DNA of 64,000 nucleotides from positions 1-64,000 of the forward strand of contig JBBDRF010000001.1 of assembly GCA_040905565.1 (NCBI GenBank), read 5' to 3'. Source of the DNA: Phycisphaeraceae bacterium. Its GTDB lineage: Bacteria > Planctomycetota > Phycisphaerae > Phycisphaerales > Zrk34. Below the pieces are notes generated by a model. It saw only the letters and a program-made list of their open reading frames with translations, was not told where the DNA came from and made no database searches. The stretch's first letter is position 1, and each line of letters starts with the position of its first letter. A program made the translations under genes and the position numbers. Shown in pieces: positions 30,394-40,869 of this stretch.

Positions 30394-30930
30394 ATGAACA
30401 CGCCCCCCGCCGATGTCGAGCCCGCCCCTCCCCGCATCACTTTGATCGCTGCGATGAGCCGAAACCGCGTCATCGGCCGTGATAATGCACTGCCCTGGCG
30501 CTGCTCCGCCGACCTTCGCCGCTTCAAACGCCTCACCACCGGCGCCGCGATCGTGATGGGCCGGCGCACTTGGGATTCCATCGGCCGCCCGCTGCCGCAA
30601 CGGCTCAACATCGTCCTCACCCGCGACCCCGCCCTGCATCTTGAAGGCGCTGAAAGCGTGGGCGATCTCGAGGCTGCCTTCGCGACGGCCCGCGAAGCAG
30701 GCTACGCGCAAATCTTCGTCATCGGCGGCGAACAGATCTACCGCCTCGCCATGCCTCACGCCCACGCCATCGAACTGACGCTGGTCGACATCGACATCGA
30801 AAACGGCGACGCGTTCTTCCCCGAAATTCCCGCCGATCAATACGAACTCACCCACCGTGAAGCCCACCCCGCCGACGAGAAAAACCCGCAGCCCTACGCG
30901 TTTCTCACCTATCAGCGCCGATCCACGTGA
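30394..30930 (+). CDS. folA: Dihydrofolate reductase
   Basis: IAAMSRNRVIGRDNALPW, DLRRFKRLT, MGRRTWDSIGRPLPQR, VIGGEQIY, GDAFFP. Confidence 0.95.
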   Translation: MNTPPADVEPAPPRITLIAAMSRNRVIGRDNALPWRCSADLRRFKRLTTGAAIVMGRRTWDSIGRPLPQRLNIVLTRDPALHLEGAESVGDLEAAFATAREAGYAQIFVIGGEQIYRLAMPHAHAIELTLVDIDIENGDAFFPEIPADQYELTHREAHPADEKNPQPYAFLTYQRRST

Positions 30931-31556
30931 TCGCTCGCAAACTCCGGCCACAGCCCACGCCGCTGTTGCGACGCACGCCGTTCCAGCTTCGCAAACCAGT
31001 CCGCCAACCGATGCGGCGGCGACGCGGCAACTCTTCCCACCGTCGCCCGCGCATGCCCCTCTTCAATTAACCACCCGTTCACCAGCCGACCGTCCGGCAG
31101 GTACAAATACGCCCTGCCCCCCGCGCGCGGGTACGGCTCGTGCCAGGTGATGCGAACCTTGCGATGCAGAATCGTCTGCTCCAGAATCGCACGGCAGGCG
31201 GGCTCCCACGGCCCATCGGTCTCCACCCCCGCAAGGCGAAGCGTCACCGCCTCCGCGTCGTCATGATTTGGTGCCGTCACGCGGACCGTGCCACCATCGA
31301 CGATTTCGCTAACGGTCACCTCGACCCGCTCCAGCCTCGCCAGTTCCCCCGTCTCGCTCGTCCGCAGCCACGCGATGAGCATCAGCAACACAACACTTGC
31401 GACGCCCAGGTAACGCCACCGCCGACGCCGCGCCAGATACTGCGCCAACGGGAGCGTCGGCCGAGGCTGTAACCGCAACGGCGCATCCCCACCACGACGC
31501 GGCCCGCAGCCATCGCCAGCACCACCCCGGACAGGGGCCATGCCGTCATCAATCAT
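30912..31556 (-). CDS. Thermonuclease (SNase)-like protein, membrane anchored
   Basis: VDGGTV, LRLAGVET, LVNGWLIEEGHA, ASQQRRGLW; N-terminal TM. Confidence 0.7.
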   Translation of the reverse strand: MIDDGMAPVRGGAGDGCGPRRGGDAPLRLQPRPTLPLAQYLARRRRWRYLGVASVVLLMLIAWLRTSETGELARLERVEVTVSEIVDGGTVRVTAPNHDDAEAVTLRLAGVETDGPWEPACRAILEQTILHRKVRITWHEPYPRAGGRAYLYLPDGRLVNGWLIEEGHARATVGRVAASPPHRLADWFAKLERRASQQRRGLWPEFASDHVDRR

Positions 31557-31598
31557 TACTCCCCATCATAACCCAACCGCCATCCCACCACGCACCCT

Positions 31599-31624
31599 AA
31601 ACGGCGATCTGCGATCGCCCGCTA
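31599..31624 (-). repeat. REP-like family C
   Basis: aaacggcgatctgcgatcgcccgcta, just after the pheT stop. Confidence 0.8.
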
Positions 31625-31627
31625 ACT

Positions 31628-33661
31628 TCAGGTGCGCAGTTCGGCGGCGAGGGATTCGCGCAACCGACCGACGACGCTTTGGACCTGCTCCGTGACTTCC
31701 TCGTGTTCGAGCGTCCGCTGCGGGTCGCGGAAGATCATCTTCAGCGTCACGCTCTTTCGGCCGCTGGGCACGGGCTTGCCGCGGTAAACCATCACGAAGT
31801 CCACCCGCTCCATCAACGGCACCTCAGCCTCACGCACTGTCCGCTCAATGTCCGCCCAGGGCGTCGCTTCATCAACGATGATTGAAAGATCACGTTCGAT
31901 TGCGGGGAAGCGCGGCAGCGGCTTCACCTCCGGCTGCGGCGGGTATGCAGCAATCAAGGCAGCGTAATCAAGCTCGGCCAGAAGCACCGGCGTCTGCAGA
32001 TCGAACTGCTTCATCACCGCGTCCGTCGCCGGGCCGTAGTGCCCGAGAACCTTCGTCGCATCGTCCACATCGACCAGCACCGCGGCCGGACTCGCCCACT
32101 GCGGCGAAGGATCAGCCGGGGCAATGCGCACCCGCCCACTGAGGCCCAGATGCTCGAGCAGTTCTTCAAGCGTGCCACGCATCTCACGCAGCGCCTCGGC
32201 CGGTGTCGCGGCATCGGCCAGCAAGGCCAGCTTCCGCGATTCGACATACCGCCCCTCACGCTGCCCGAAGACCGACGCCACTTCGAACAATCTTACGTCC
32301 TGATTGCCCGCGTCCTGATTGGCCTTGCGCGACGCGAGCAGACTCGGCAGCACGCTCGGCCGCAGCGCCGGCTCAGCCTTCTTCTTATCCTGATCGACGT
32401 ACGCCAGCTCCACGCCCTCAGCGAAAAGCTTCGCATGGTCCGGCGGTAAAAAGCTGAACGTGATCGCCTCATGGTAACCGTGGGCAATCAGCACCCGGTT
32501 CAGCGTCTGCCTTGCCTGCACACTCGTCTGCGGCGGCCGGGCGACGATGTGAACCTTCTGCCCCGTCGGAATCGCGTCGTAGCCGTGCAACCGAGCGACC
32601 TCTTCAATCAGGTCAACCTCGCGATGCAGATCGAGCCGATGCGACGGGATGGTGCAGATGATCGATTCGCCGCCGAACCGCGGCTTCAGTTCCAATGCGG
32701 TGAGCAGATCAAGCATCCGCTCGGCGGGAATCTCGATGCCCAGCAACTGCTGACAGCGTTCCAGCCTCAGCTCGACATCCTGGCTCAAAGGCGGCGTCTC
32801 ACCCTCAGCGATCACCCCCTGCGCCAGCTTGCCCCCCGCGACCTCAAGAATCAACTCCGCCGCCCGCTGCGAGGCACGGTCCACACCCAGCGGATCAACC
32901 CCGCGCTCGAACCGATACGACGAATCACTGGCCAGCTTCAACGCCCGGCTGGTCGACCGCACCGAGAGCGGATCGAACCGGGCCGACTCCAGCAGCACAT
33001 CCGTCGTGCCCTCGGTCACTTCACTGTCGCGCCCGCCCATCACCCCGGCCACGGCCTGCGGCCGCTCCGCGTCGGCGATCACGAGCATGTCGTCACGCAG
33101 CTTATGCGTAGAGCCGTCGATCGCGGTGAACGCTTCGCCGGCCGTCGCTTTGCGGACCACGATCCGCTGCCCCGCAAGCTTCGCCAGATCGAACGCGTGC
33201 AGCGGCTGACCCATCTCATGCAGCACAAAATTGGTGACGTCGACGATGTTATTCACCGGCCGAAGCCCCACGGCCTCCAGCCTCTCCACCAGCCACGCCG
33301 GCGAGGGGCCGACCTTCACGCCTTTGATGACGCGTGCCGTATAAAGCGGACAAAGCGCCGGCTCCTGATTCTCCACGCTCGTCAGTTCACGCACCTCCGG
33401 CGCGTCTTCCGGCGGGATCAGCTCCGGCGGTGCAGGCGGATTCAGCACCCGCCCGGTCGCCGCCGCAATCTCGCGGGCCAGCCCCACATGCGACAGACAA
33501 TCCGAGCGGTTGGATGTCACCTCAACATCCAGCAGCGCATCGCCATCGCCCTCCTCCAGACCATCCAGCGGAAACCCCACCTCCGTCAGGACGCGGTCGG
33601 CCTCGTCGGCGGTCACAGGACGATCAAGATAACTATTCAACCAAGCGAGACTGGCGTTCAT
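31628..33661 (-). CDS. pheT: Phenylalanine--tRNA ligase beta subunit, short form (677 aa)
   Basis: TSNRSDCLSHVGLARE, NNIVDVTNFV, GQPLHAFD, SSYRFERGVD, DLIEEVARLHGY, FPAIERDLS. Confidence 0.95.
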   Translation of the reverse strand: MNASLAWLNSYLDRPVTADEADRVLTEVGFPLDGLEEGDGDALLDVEVTSNRSDCLSHVGLAREIAAATGRVLNPPAPPELIPPEDAPEVRELTSVENQEPALCPLYTARVIKGVKVGPSPAWLVERLEAVGLRPVNNIVDVTNFVLHEMGQPLHAFDLAKLAGQRIVVRKATAGEAFTAIDGSTHKLRDDMLVIADAERPQAVAGVMGGRDSEVTEGTTDVLLESARFDPLSVRSTSRALKLASDSSYRFERGVDPLGVDRASQRAAELILEVAGGKLAQGVIAEGETPPLSQDVELRLERCQQLLGIEIPAERMLDLLTALELKPRFGGESIICTIPSHRLDLHREVDLIEEVARLHGYDAIPTGQKVHIVARPPQTSVQARQTLNRVLIAHGYHEAITFSFLPPDHAKLFAEGVELAYVDQDKKKAEPALRPSVLPSLLASRKANQDAGNQDVRLFEVASVFGQREGRYVESRKLALLADAATPAEALREMRGTLEELLEHLGLSGRVRIAPADPSPQWASPAAVLVDVDDATKVLGHYGPATDAVMKQFDLQTPVLLAELDYAALIAAYPPQPEVKPLPRFPAIERDLSIIVDEATPWADIERTVREAEVPLMERVDFVMVYRGKPVPSGRKSVTLKMIFRDPQRTLEHEEVTEQVQSVVGRLRESLAAELRT

Positions 33662-33841
33662 GACTTTCAAACTCCGGGGCAGAAGCGACAAGGGTAAAGC
33701 CGATCGCAACCCGCCTCAAGCCCTCCACTCCCCCCGGCCGTGTGGCGGACGCCCGATGGTGGGAAGGTTTCGTAACATTTTGGAGTCGCATGCATACAGC
33801 CCCCACTCGCCGCCGGCCGCGAGGCGGGTACACTGACGGCC

Positions 33842-34435
33842 ATGGTGTATCAAAATATTCACGGTCGAACCGGCGGACGAGGCCTGCGCCACTGGCTGCT
33901 GATCCCCAAGCTGCTGGGCATCGCAACCTACTTCGGCGGGCTCGTCGCCGCGGCCGCCATCATTCTCGTCTTCAAGCCGGAGACCGCCGGGCAGTGGCGC
34001 GATCTCACACAGGTCCTCCGCGCCATCTTCGTCTTCGCCGCCATCCCCGGCCTCACCGTCGCCATGATCTGCGGCCTGCTCCTGCTACGCCAGCACAACT
34101 GGGCCCTATGGCGCATGCGATGGATGAAAATCAAACTCGCCATCCTGCTCATCACCCTCCCCGTGCTGCACCTGTTTATGAGCGGCCGCCTCGAACGCAT
34201 CCGCGAAACCGGCGAAGGCGGCACCGCCATGACGCAGTTCAACATCGGCTTGACCGTGGCGATCGTGACCGCGATCGTGGTCATCGTGCTCGGTCGACAC
34301 AAACCCCGCCTTCGCCAACCCGGTCGCACGCTCGCCCAGCCACGGCCCCCCCAACAATCGCCGCCCCCCCAGTCGCCCCCCCAGTCGCCCACGGAGCCGC
34401 ACCACGCGGCCGCCAGCGAGGGAGCCCAAGCATGA
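33842..34435 (+). CDS. Hypothetical 4-TM membrane protein
   Basis: Four hydrophobic segments, WMKIKL, LGRHKP; TACACT-N7-ATG. Confidence 0.7.
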   Translation: MVYQNIHGRTGGRGLRHWLLIPKLLGIATYFGGLVAAAAIILVFKPETAGQWRDLTQVLRAIFVFAAIPGLTVAMICGLLLLRQHNWALWRMRWMKIKLAILLITLPVLHLFMSGRLERIRETGEGGTAMTQFNIGLTVAIVTAIVVIVLGRHKPRLRQPGRTLAQPRPPQQSPPPQSPPQSPTEPHHAAASEGAQA

Positions 34436-34968
34436 ACATCGTTCACCTGAACATGATTCACACCCGACAACTTTCGCTTATCGCCCTCTCGCTCAGCATG
34501 CTCACGATCGTCGGCTGCGCGAGCGGCGGCGCGAGGACCGACCCCGACAGCGACCGCCGCCTTGAGGTGAAGGTCTTCACTGAGGACGGCCGGCAAATGG
34601 CGTATCGATTGGAGCGCGATGGCACGCTTCACTTCGCCGGCGGCCGCGCGGTGCTGCGCAGAAATTGGAGCGTGTCGGGAACGCCGACGCCCGAACAGCG
34701 CGCCGAACTGTGGCAGATCATCGACCAATACGACCTGCTCACCGCCGACGGCTCGTTCTTCGCCTCGCCTGAGCAGGTGCGTTACGACGTGGTGCTTCAC
34801 GCCGGCCGCGAGCAGAACCGCTTCATCACAGTGGACGACCGCGTGCCCGGCCTCGCCGAACTGACCGAAGCGCTCGCCGACCTGCACAGCGAGCTGCGCG
34901 ACGCCGACGTCTACCGTGAGATCGAAGGCGCCATCGAACGAAGCGGCGGCAACGTCCCCCAGCGCTAA
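34432..34968 (+). CDS. Hypothetical lipoprotein
   Basis: C-terminal part of ORF 33742..34968; ATGA overlap with upstream stop; lipobox IVGC. Confidence 0.7.
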   Translation: MNIVHLNMIHTRQLSLIALSLSMLTIVGCASGGARTDPDSDRRLEVKVFTEDGRQMAYRLERDGTLHFAGGRAVLRRNWSVSGTPTPEQRAELWQIIDQYDLLTADGSFFASPEQVRYDVVLHAGREQNRFITVDDRVPGLAELTEALADLHSELRDADVYREIEGAIERSGGNVPQR

Positions 34969-34978
34969 GTGCATCAGC

Positions 34979-35365
34979 TCACGCCGAGGGGTACTTCTTC
35001 TCGTAATCTTCCTGGGTCATCAGCTGTTCGAGATCGTCAGGGTCGTTCGGTTCGATCTTTACGAGCCAGCCCTTTTCCCAGGGGTCAGCGTTGATGAGGC
35101 CGGGGTCGTCCTGAACGGCCTGATTGACCTCGGCGATCGTGCCGCCGACGCCGGTGTAGATTTCGCTGGTGGCCTTGACCGATTCGATCTCGCCGATGGC
35201 CTGACCGGCTTCGACTTCTTTGCCGACTTCGGGCAGCTCGACGAAGGTGACATCGGTGAGTTCATCGATGGCGAACTTACTGAGGCCGAGCGTCACGAGC
35301 TCGCCTTCCGAGCGGTGCCATTCGTGGGAATCGAGGTAACGGCGGTCCGATGGTGCTGCTGACAT
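34979..35365 (-). CDS. gcvH: Glycine cleavage system H protein
   Basis: SHEW, lipoyl-Lys motif IESVKATSEIY, INADPWEKGWL; AAGGAG RBS. Confidence 0.95.
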   Translation of the reverse strand: MSAAPSDRRYLDSHEWHRSEGELVTLGLSKFAIDELTDVTFVELPEVGKEVEAGQAIGEIESVKATSEIYTGVGGTIAEVNQAVQDDPGLINADPWEKGWLVKIEPNDPDDLEQLMTQEDYEKKYPSA

Positions 35366-35390
35366 AGAAGACACTCCTTAGGAATCTGCG

Positions 35391-37049
35391 TCATCTTACG
35401 TCATAGCGTCTTTCGGACAAGGCCGAGGCGATCGCATCGTCTGGCTCGTGTTCGGCGCCGGCGATATTTTCCTGAAGCGTGCGCCAACCGACCCATGCGA
35501 ACCCGGCTGAGAAGAGGCCCAGCAGTGCGGCGGCCCACAGACCGGGCCACCATGTGAGGCAGATCACCGCCCACGTGGCGCACCACGCGCTCATACCCAG
35601 CTCCACGAGACCAGTGGGCCGATTGAAGAAGGAAGCTTCGGGCGCGGCGTCGGTAGAGGCGGACGGAGAGGTGGGGGGCGACGTGGGAGGGGGAGCGTGA
35701 CGTTTGCCGTTGTCTTCGCGCGCGATGGTGCGGAGGTCGGCCATGCGTCGTCGCCAATCGTTCTTCTTGTCGGTGGCGCGCACTTTCGGCGTGCGTTTGA
35801 ACCCGCCTGTTCGGCCCAGCAGCGCCGCGACCACCGCCGTCGTGTTGCTCACACTGAGCCCGACCGCCAGCATCAGAAGCCAGGGCAGATGGGCCGCTGC
35901 CGCAAGCGGCTCCCGGCCACGCGCCACCGCAGCGGCAAGATAGAACGTCGCGGCGGATCCGATCGCGGCGATCAACATAAGCCCAACCAGCAGCCACGCC
36001 CAGGCGCTGCCCAGCAGCCAGAGTGTCGGCCCCAGCCCCACCGCCAGCGCCAGCAGGGCGACATAAACAGTCGGCCCAAGCAGGTGGGCCGTCGCTTCGA
36101 TCTGCCGATGCCTCGGTTGCTCCGATTGCCAGATCGGCCTCAGAAGTTTGCGAGCGGCGCTGATCGAGCCGGCCGTCCATCGCCACTGCTGGGCACGCAG
36201 ATCCACCATGCGGCACGGCAACTCGGCGGGACATTGCAGCGTCGGCAGATAGACGAAGCGCCAACCCAGAAGCTGCGCACGGTACGAAAGATCAACGTCT
36301 TCCGTAAGCGTGTCGCTCTGCCAGGAGCCGGCCCGTTCGATCGCTTCGCGACGCCAGATGCCCGCGGTGCCGTTGAAGTTGAACCAGCGGTCGCTGGCGT
36401 GGCGTGCGGTGTGTTCGATGAGGAAATGACCGTCCAGAAGCATCGCCTGCGTGCGGGTGAGTTGCGACATCTGCTCATTCAGATGCGACCAGCACGCCTG
36501 CACCATGCCCACCTCACGATCGAAGAAGGCCGGGATGGTCCGCTGCAGGAAGTCGCGAGGCGGCACGAAGTCGGCATCAAAAATCGCGATCAGATCGCCC
36601 TTCGCACGCATCATCGCATCACGCAAAGCGCCCGCTTTGTAACCGGCACGGTCAGGCCGACGCAGATGCTCGATGAAATAACCCTCGCCGGCCAGCTCAC
36701 GGCAGCAAAGTGCCACGATGGCGCTGGTCTGATCCGTCGAATCGTCGAGCACCTGGATCTGGAGCCGATCGCGGGGCCAATCCATGGCGCATGCCGCTCG
36801 GATCACCCGCTCAGCAACATACGCTTCGTTGAACATCGGCAGCTGAACCGTCACGCCCGGCGCCTGCCCGACGCTTCGCCCGATGAACAGCGGCACCGCC
36901 ACGGGCACCTCAAAATGCGTCTCAAGCTGCCCCTTCTGCCCACGCCACCACGTCAGTACGCACCACGCTCGGTGAATGCTGTAAGCGACGACGACCGCCA
37001 TGGCTGCTGCAAAGGCGATCGAGAGCAGGAAGACCCAGAATCCATACAT
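35391..37049 (-). CDS. Membrane glycosyltransferase family 2 (cellulose-synthase-like)
   Basis: QLPMFNE, QVLDDSTD, KAGAL, IFDADF, TLTEDVDLS, QQWRW (QxxRW). Confidence 0.9.
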   Translation of the reverse strand: MYGFWVFLLSIAFAAAMAVVVAYSIHRAWCVLTWWRGQKGQLETHFEVPVAVPLFIGRSVGQAPGVTVQLPMFNEAYVAERVIRAACAMDWPRDRLQIQVLDDSTDQTSAIVALCCRELAGEGYFIEHLRRPDRAGYKAGALRDAMMRAKGDLIAIFDADFVPPRDFLQRTIPAFFDREVGMVQACWSHLNEQMSQLTRTQAMLLDGHFLIEHTARHASDRWFNFNGTAGIWRREAIERAGSWQSDTLTEDVDLSYRAQLLGWRFVYLPTLQCPAELPCRMVDLRAQQWRWTAGSISAARKLLRPIWQSEQPRHRQIEATAHLLGPTVYVALLALAVGLGPTLWLLGSAWAWLLVGLMLIAAIGSAATFYLAAAVARGREPLAAAAHLPWLLMLAVGLSVSNTTAVVAALLGRTGGFKRTPKVRATDKKNDWRRRMADLRTIAREDNGKRHAPPPTSPPTSPSASTDAAPEASFFNRPTGLVELGMSAWCATWAVICLTWWPGLWAAALLGLFSAGFAWVGWRTLQENIAGAEHEPDDAIASALSERRYDVR

Positions 37050-37198
37050 CGCGAACATTGTAAACGAATCGCACCGGCGGGACCGGCATCTGCCCTGCAG
37101 AGAGAACGCCTTCGCAATCGCGAATGAGCTTCGGCAGCGTCGCGTCCAGCGAGCCGAGCAGGTGCCTCCGTGCTCCGCTGGCGCTACCATGAGTAATC

Positions 37199-37663
37199 AT
37201 GCGTCAGCCCCACGGAGAGCACCCCATGCTGCAAGCAGAACGTTCGAACTTTGGTTATCTCGCCCGCCGTCTTGACCGGGCCGTCGAGCAATTGGTTCAT
37301 CGTCACTTCTGTCATTTCTCGCCGAGCGAAACCTGGATCCCCGCGATCAACGCCTACCGCCTGCCGGACCGCATTGAGGTCTGCGTCGATCTCGCCGGTG
37401 TCGCCAAAGACAGCATCGACATTCAGGCCCAGCCGGGCGAGTTGATTATTCGAGGCCTGCGCACGCCGCCCCAACCCGAGCACGAACCGGACGAATCCAT
37501 CGAAATTCTCGCGATGGAAATCGACCACGGCCCCTTCCAGCGCATCGTCAGACTCCCCGCCAGTGTCGATATCGCCGGCGTCTCGGCCTCGTCCGATGAG
37601 GGGCTTCTCTGGATTCGCCTGCCACTGGCCGCCCCCACCCAATCGCACGTCGAGCCAACTTAA
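37199..37663 (+). CDS. Hsp20/alpha-crystallin family small heat-shock protein
   Basis: WIPAINAY, VDLAGV, EIDHGPFQRIVRLP, GLLWIRLP. Alternative start 37226. Confidence 0.88.
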   Translation: MRQPHGEHPMLQAERSNFGYLARRLDRAVEQLVHRHFCHFSPSETWIPAINAYRLPDRIEVCVDLAGVAKDSIDIQAQPGELIIRGLRTPPQPEHEPDESIEILAMEIDHGPFQRIVRLPASVDIAGVSASSDEGLLWIRLPLAAPTQSHVEPT

Positions 37664-37820
37664 ACCCGGTAATCGCCCCGCTCAGCCTCGCACCACCGCC
37701 CCGCACAAATGCGCCGCGCCTCAGCCGCCGCGTCACGCTCTAATCATGGAGAGCAAAGTTCGCAGCCACGTCGGCTGCAGGCCAACGAACGCTTCGCCAC
37801 CACCGAGGAAAAGGCGTCAC

Positions 37821-40256
37821 ATGTGTCCCCGTAACGCCCGGACAACCACACCGCAGCCCGAACCACCACCCGAGCAGACCGACCCCGCCGATCGCATCTC
37901 CGGCCGCACCGCAGCAGGCGTCCCAGGTCTTCTGCCCGTCCTGCCGCTACGCGATACCGTCATGTTCCCCGGCACCGTCATGCCGCTCGGCGTCTCGCGT
38001 GTCGCTTCACTTAAACTCCTCGACGACGCCCTGCCCACCTCCAAGGTCATCGGCCTGCTCGCCCAGCGTCAGCCTTCGACCGAGGAGCCCATCCTCGAGG
38101 ATCTCTACCCCGTCGGCACCGCCGCGGTTGTCCTCAAACTCATACGCCAGGAAGATCGCAGCGTCACGCTTCTCGTCCACGGCCTCTCACGCTTCCAGGT
38201 CACCGACGCTGAGCAGGAGCAACCCTACCTCCGCCTGAAGATCAAAACGCTGCAGGAGAAGGTGCGCCAGAGCAAGAAGCTCGCCGCCGCCACGAAGACG
38301 CTGCGTGAAACTGCCCTCGAACTCACCGCCCTTTCGCCGAACCTGCCCGACCAGGTGGAGAACGTCATCGTGACGCTGGAAGAGCCCGGCCATCTCGCCG
38401 ACTTCCTCGCAGCGAACCTCGACGTGGACCTCGCCGAGAAGCAGCGTCTCCTCGAACAGCTCGACGTCGCCAAGCGTATCGCCACCGTTCAGCGTCTGCT
38501 CTCACGCCAGTTGGAGATGGCGCGGCTGCAGCAGAAGATTCACGAAGATGTGCAGTCCACCATCACCGACACCCAGCGGCGCGCCTACCTCCGCGAGCAG
38601 GTCAAAGCCATTCAGAAGGAACTCGGCGAGGGTGACGACGCCGCCTCGGAGCAGATCGCTGAGCTTCGCCGCAAGCTCGACGATGCCGACCCACCGCAGA
38701 AGGTGCTCGCCGAGGCTGAGCGTGATCTACGCAGGCTTGAAACCATCCACCCCGCCAGCCCCGAATACTCGGTCATTCTCACGTATCTTGAGACGGTCGC
38801 GGAACTGCCCTGGAAGCGCACCAGCCCCGACAATCTCGACCTCGACCGTGCCCGCGAGATTCTCGACCGCGATCATTACGATCTGGACAAGGTCAAGCGT
38901 CGGCTGATCGAGTACCTCGCTGTGCGGAAGCTGAACCCCGCCGGCCGCGGGCCGATCCTCTGCTTCGTCGGGCCGCCGGGCGTCGGCAAGACCTCGCTGG
39001 GTCAGTCGATCGCCGACGCGCTCGGCCGCACCTTCTCACGCCTCAGCTTCGGCGGCATCCGAGACGAAGCGGAAATCCGGGGCCATCGCCGCACCTATAT
39101 CGGCGCCATGCCCGGTCGGATCATTCAGGAGATCCGCCGCACCGGCACCCGCAATCCGGTGATGATGCTTGATGAGATCGACAAGATCGGGGCCGATTTC
39201 CGGGGCGACCCCGCCTCCGCCCTGCTCGAAGTGCTCGACCCGCGTCAGAACCAGGCCTTCGTCGATCGCTACCTCGATGTGCCGTTCGATCTTTCGCAGG
39301 TCATCTTCATCGCCACCGCCAACTACATGGACCCCGTGCCGCCCGCCCTGCGCGATCGCATGGAAGTCATCGAAATCCCCGGCTATACCGACGAAGACAA
39401 GCTCCACATCGCCCGCACCTACCTCGTCCCACGCCAGATGAAGGAGAACGGGCTGACCACCCGGCATGCCCGGTTCAACGTCACCGCACTCCGCAAAATC
39501 ATCGCCGACTACACCCGCGAAGCAGGCGTCCGCGAACTCGAGCGTCGCATCGGGGCCGTCTGTCGAGGCGTCGCCGCCGAGGTCGCCGTCGGCCCCGACA
39601 GCACCACCGATCACAAGCCGATCGCCATCAATCCCGAACGTGTCCGTGAAGTGCTAGGCCCCGAACGCTACGTCCGCGAAGTCGCCCAGCGTGTCTCCGT
39701 CCCCGGCGTCGTCACCGGGCTCGCCTACACACCCGTCGGCGGCGAGGTGCTTTTCATCGAAGCCACACGCTACCCCGGCAAGGGGCACCTGCAACTCACC
39801 GGGCAGATCGGCGACGTCATGAAGGAATCCGCCCAGGCCGCCCTGACCCTGCTTCGCAGCAAAGCCGAGCAGTTCGACCTCGATCCCAGGCAGTTCAGCG
39901 AGTACGACGTCCACCTCCACGTCCCCGCCGGCGCGGTGCCCAAGGACGGCCCCTCAGCAGGCGTTGCCATGTACACCGCCCTCGCCTCGCTGTGGCTGGA
40001 TCGCTCGGTGCGTTACGACGTGGCCATGACCGGCGAGATCACGCTTAGAGGTCTCGTCCTGCCGATCGGAGGCGTGAAGGAGAAAACGCTCGCTGCGATG
40101 CGGGCCGGCATCCGCACCGTCATCCTGCCCAGCCGTAACGAGAAGGACATGCCCGACGTCGCCGACGAGGCCCGCAAGAAGCTCCGCTTCATCTTCGTCG
40201 AGTCCGTCGACGACCTACTCAAAGTCGCCTTGGATAAACGCCATGCAAAGCGCTGA
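37821..40256 (+). CDS. lon: ATP-dependent Lon protease
   Basis: [41 protein letters not shown]. Start uncertain (37746 or 37821). Confidence 0.95.
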   Translation: MCPRNARTTTPQPEPPPEQTDPADRISGRTAAGVPGLLPVLPLRDTVMFPGTVMPLGVSRVASLKLLDDALPTSKVIGLLAQRQPSTEEPILEDLYPVGTAAVVLKLIRQEDRSVTLLVHGLSRFQVTDAEQEQPYLRLKIKTLQEKVRQSKKLAAATKTLRETALELTALSPNLPDQVENVIVTLEEPGHLADFLAANLDVDLAEKQRLLEQLDVAKRIATVQRLLSRQLEMARLQQKIHEDVQSTITDTQRRAYLREQVKAIQKELGEGDDAASEQIAELRRKLDDADPPQKVLAEAERDLRRLETIHPASPEYSVILTYLETVAELPWKRTSPDNLDLDRAREILDRDHYDLDKVKRRLIEYLAVRKLNPAGRGPILCFVGPPGVGKTSLGQSIADALGRTFSRLSFGGIRDEAEIRGHRRTYIGAMPGRIIQEIRRTGTRNPVMMLDEIDKIGADFRGDPASALLEVLDPRQNQAFVDRYLDVPFDLSQVIFIATANYMDPVPPALRDRMEVIEIPGYTDEDKLHIARTYLVPRQMKENGLTTRHARFNVTALRKIIADYTREAGVRELERRIGAVCRGVAAEVAVGPDSTTDHKPIAINPERVREVLGPERYVREVAQRVSVPGVVTGLAYTPVGGEVLFIEATRYPGKGHLQLTGQIGDVMKESAQAALTLLRSKAEQFDLDPRQFSEYDVHLHVPAGAVPKDGPSAGVAMYTALASLWLDRSVRYDVAMTGEITLRGLVLPIGGVKEKTLAAMRAGIRTVILPSRNEKDMPDVADEARKKLRFIFVESVDDLLKVALDKRHAKR

Positions 40257-40258
40257 CG

Positions 40259-40292
40259 ACGAGCCGCGACCGTAAGGGAGCGGTTGTGCGCC
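40259..40292 (+). repeat. REP-like family A single unit (ACGAG-CCGCGACC-GTAA-GGGAGCGG-TTGTGCGCC)
   Basis: Intact unit right after the lon stop; serves as the uninterrupted reference for the MITE target. Confidence 0.85.
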
Positions 40293-40372
40293 AGAGCTTT
40301 GCATGCCGTATCAACACGCCATGATCGCCGAAGCTTCGACCGAGACGGCCGGGCCTTCCCCAGGCGCGCCCC

Positions 40373-40711
40373 TCAAAGCGCGTCGTCGTCCTGTTCGCCC
40401 GTGCGGATGCGGACCGCCTTGCCGATGGGGTACACGAAGATCTTGCCGTCGCCCACGTCGCCGGTCCGCGCATTGGAGATGATCGTCTCCAGCGCTTTGT
40501 CCAGATCCTCATCACGCACCGCGATCTTCAGCATCACCTTCGGCACCCAGCCCACATCCATGCGGCTACCACGGTAACGCTCGGTATGCCCCTTCTGCCG
40601 GCCGAATCCTTTGCACTCCACAGCCGTCACGCCGAGCACGCCCAGCCGCGACAGGGCCGATTTCACATCATCAAGTTTGCGCGGCTTGACCACCGCTTCA
40701 ATCATCTGCAT
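40373..40711 (-). CDS. glnB: P-II nitrogen regulatory protein (GlnB/GlnK family)
   Basis: 112 aa; KGFGRQKG, TGDVGDGKIF, RIRTGE; GGAG RBS. Confidence 0.92.
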   Translation of the reverse strand: MQMIEAVVKPRKLDDVKSALSRLGVLGVTAVECKGFGRQKGHTERYRGSRMDVGWVPKVMLKIAVRDEDLDKALETIISNARTGDVGDGKIFVYPIGKAVRIRTGEQDDDAL

Positions 40712-40756
40712 GTCAGTCTCTCCATTCGAAGGAAATAGCTAAGTTCACCCCACTCA

Positions 40757-40772
40757 TGCAAAACCAGTGCCA
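40757..40772 (-). promoter_or_regulatory. Sigma54 (-24/-12) promoter of the P-II gene
   Basis: Minus strand TGGCACTGGTTTTGCA is an exact match to TGGCAC-N5-TTGCW, 45 nt upstream of the ATG. Confidence 0.8.
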
Positions 40773-40869
40773 CCCCCCCCACCGGCCCCGCAGTGATTTC
40801 AGAACGTCTGACTCATTCACCCTTTACACAACTGGCGCCATGGCATTTTCCATGGCCGCCCGCCGCGAC

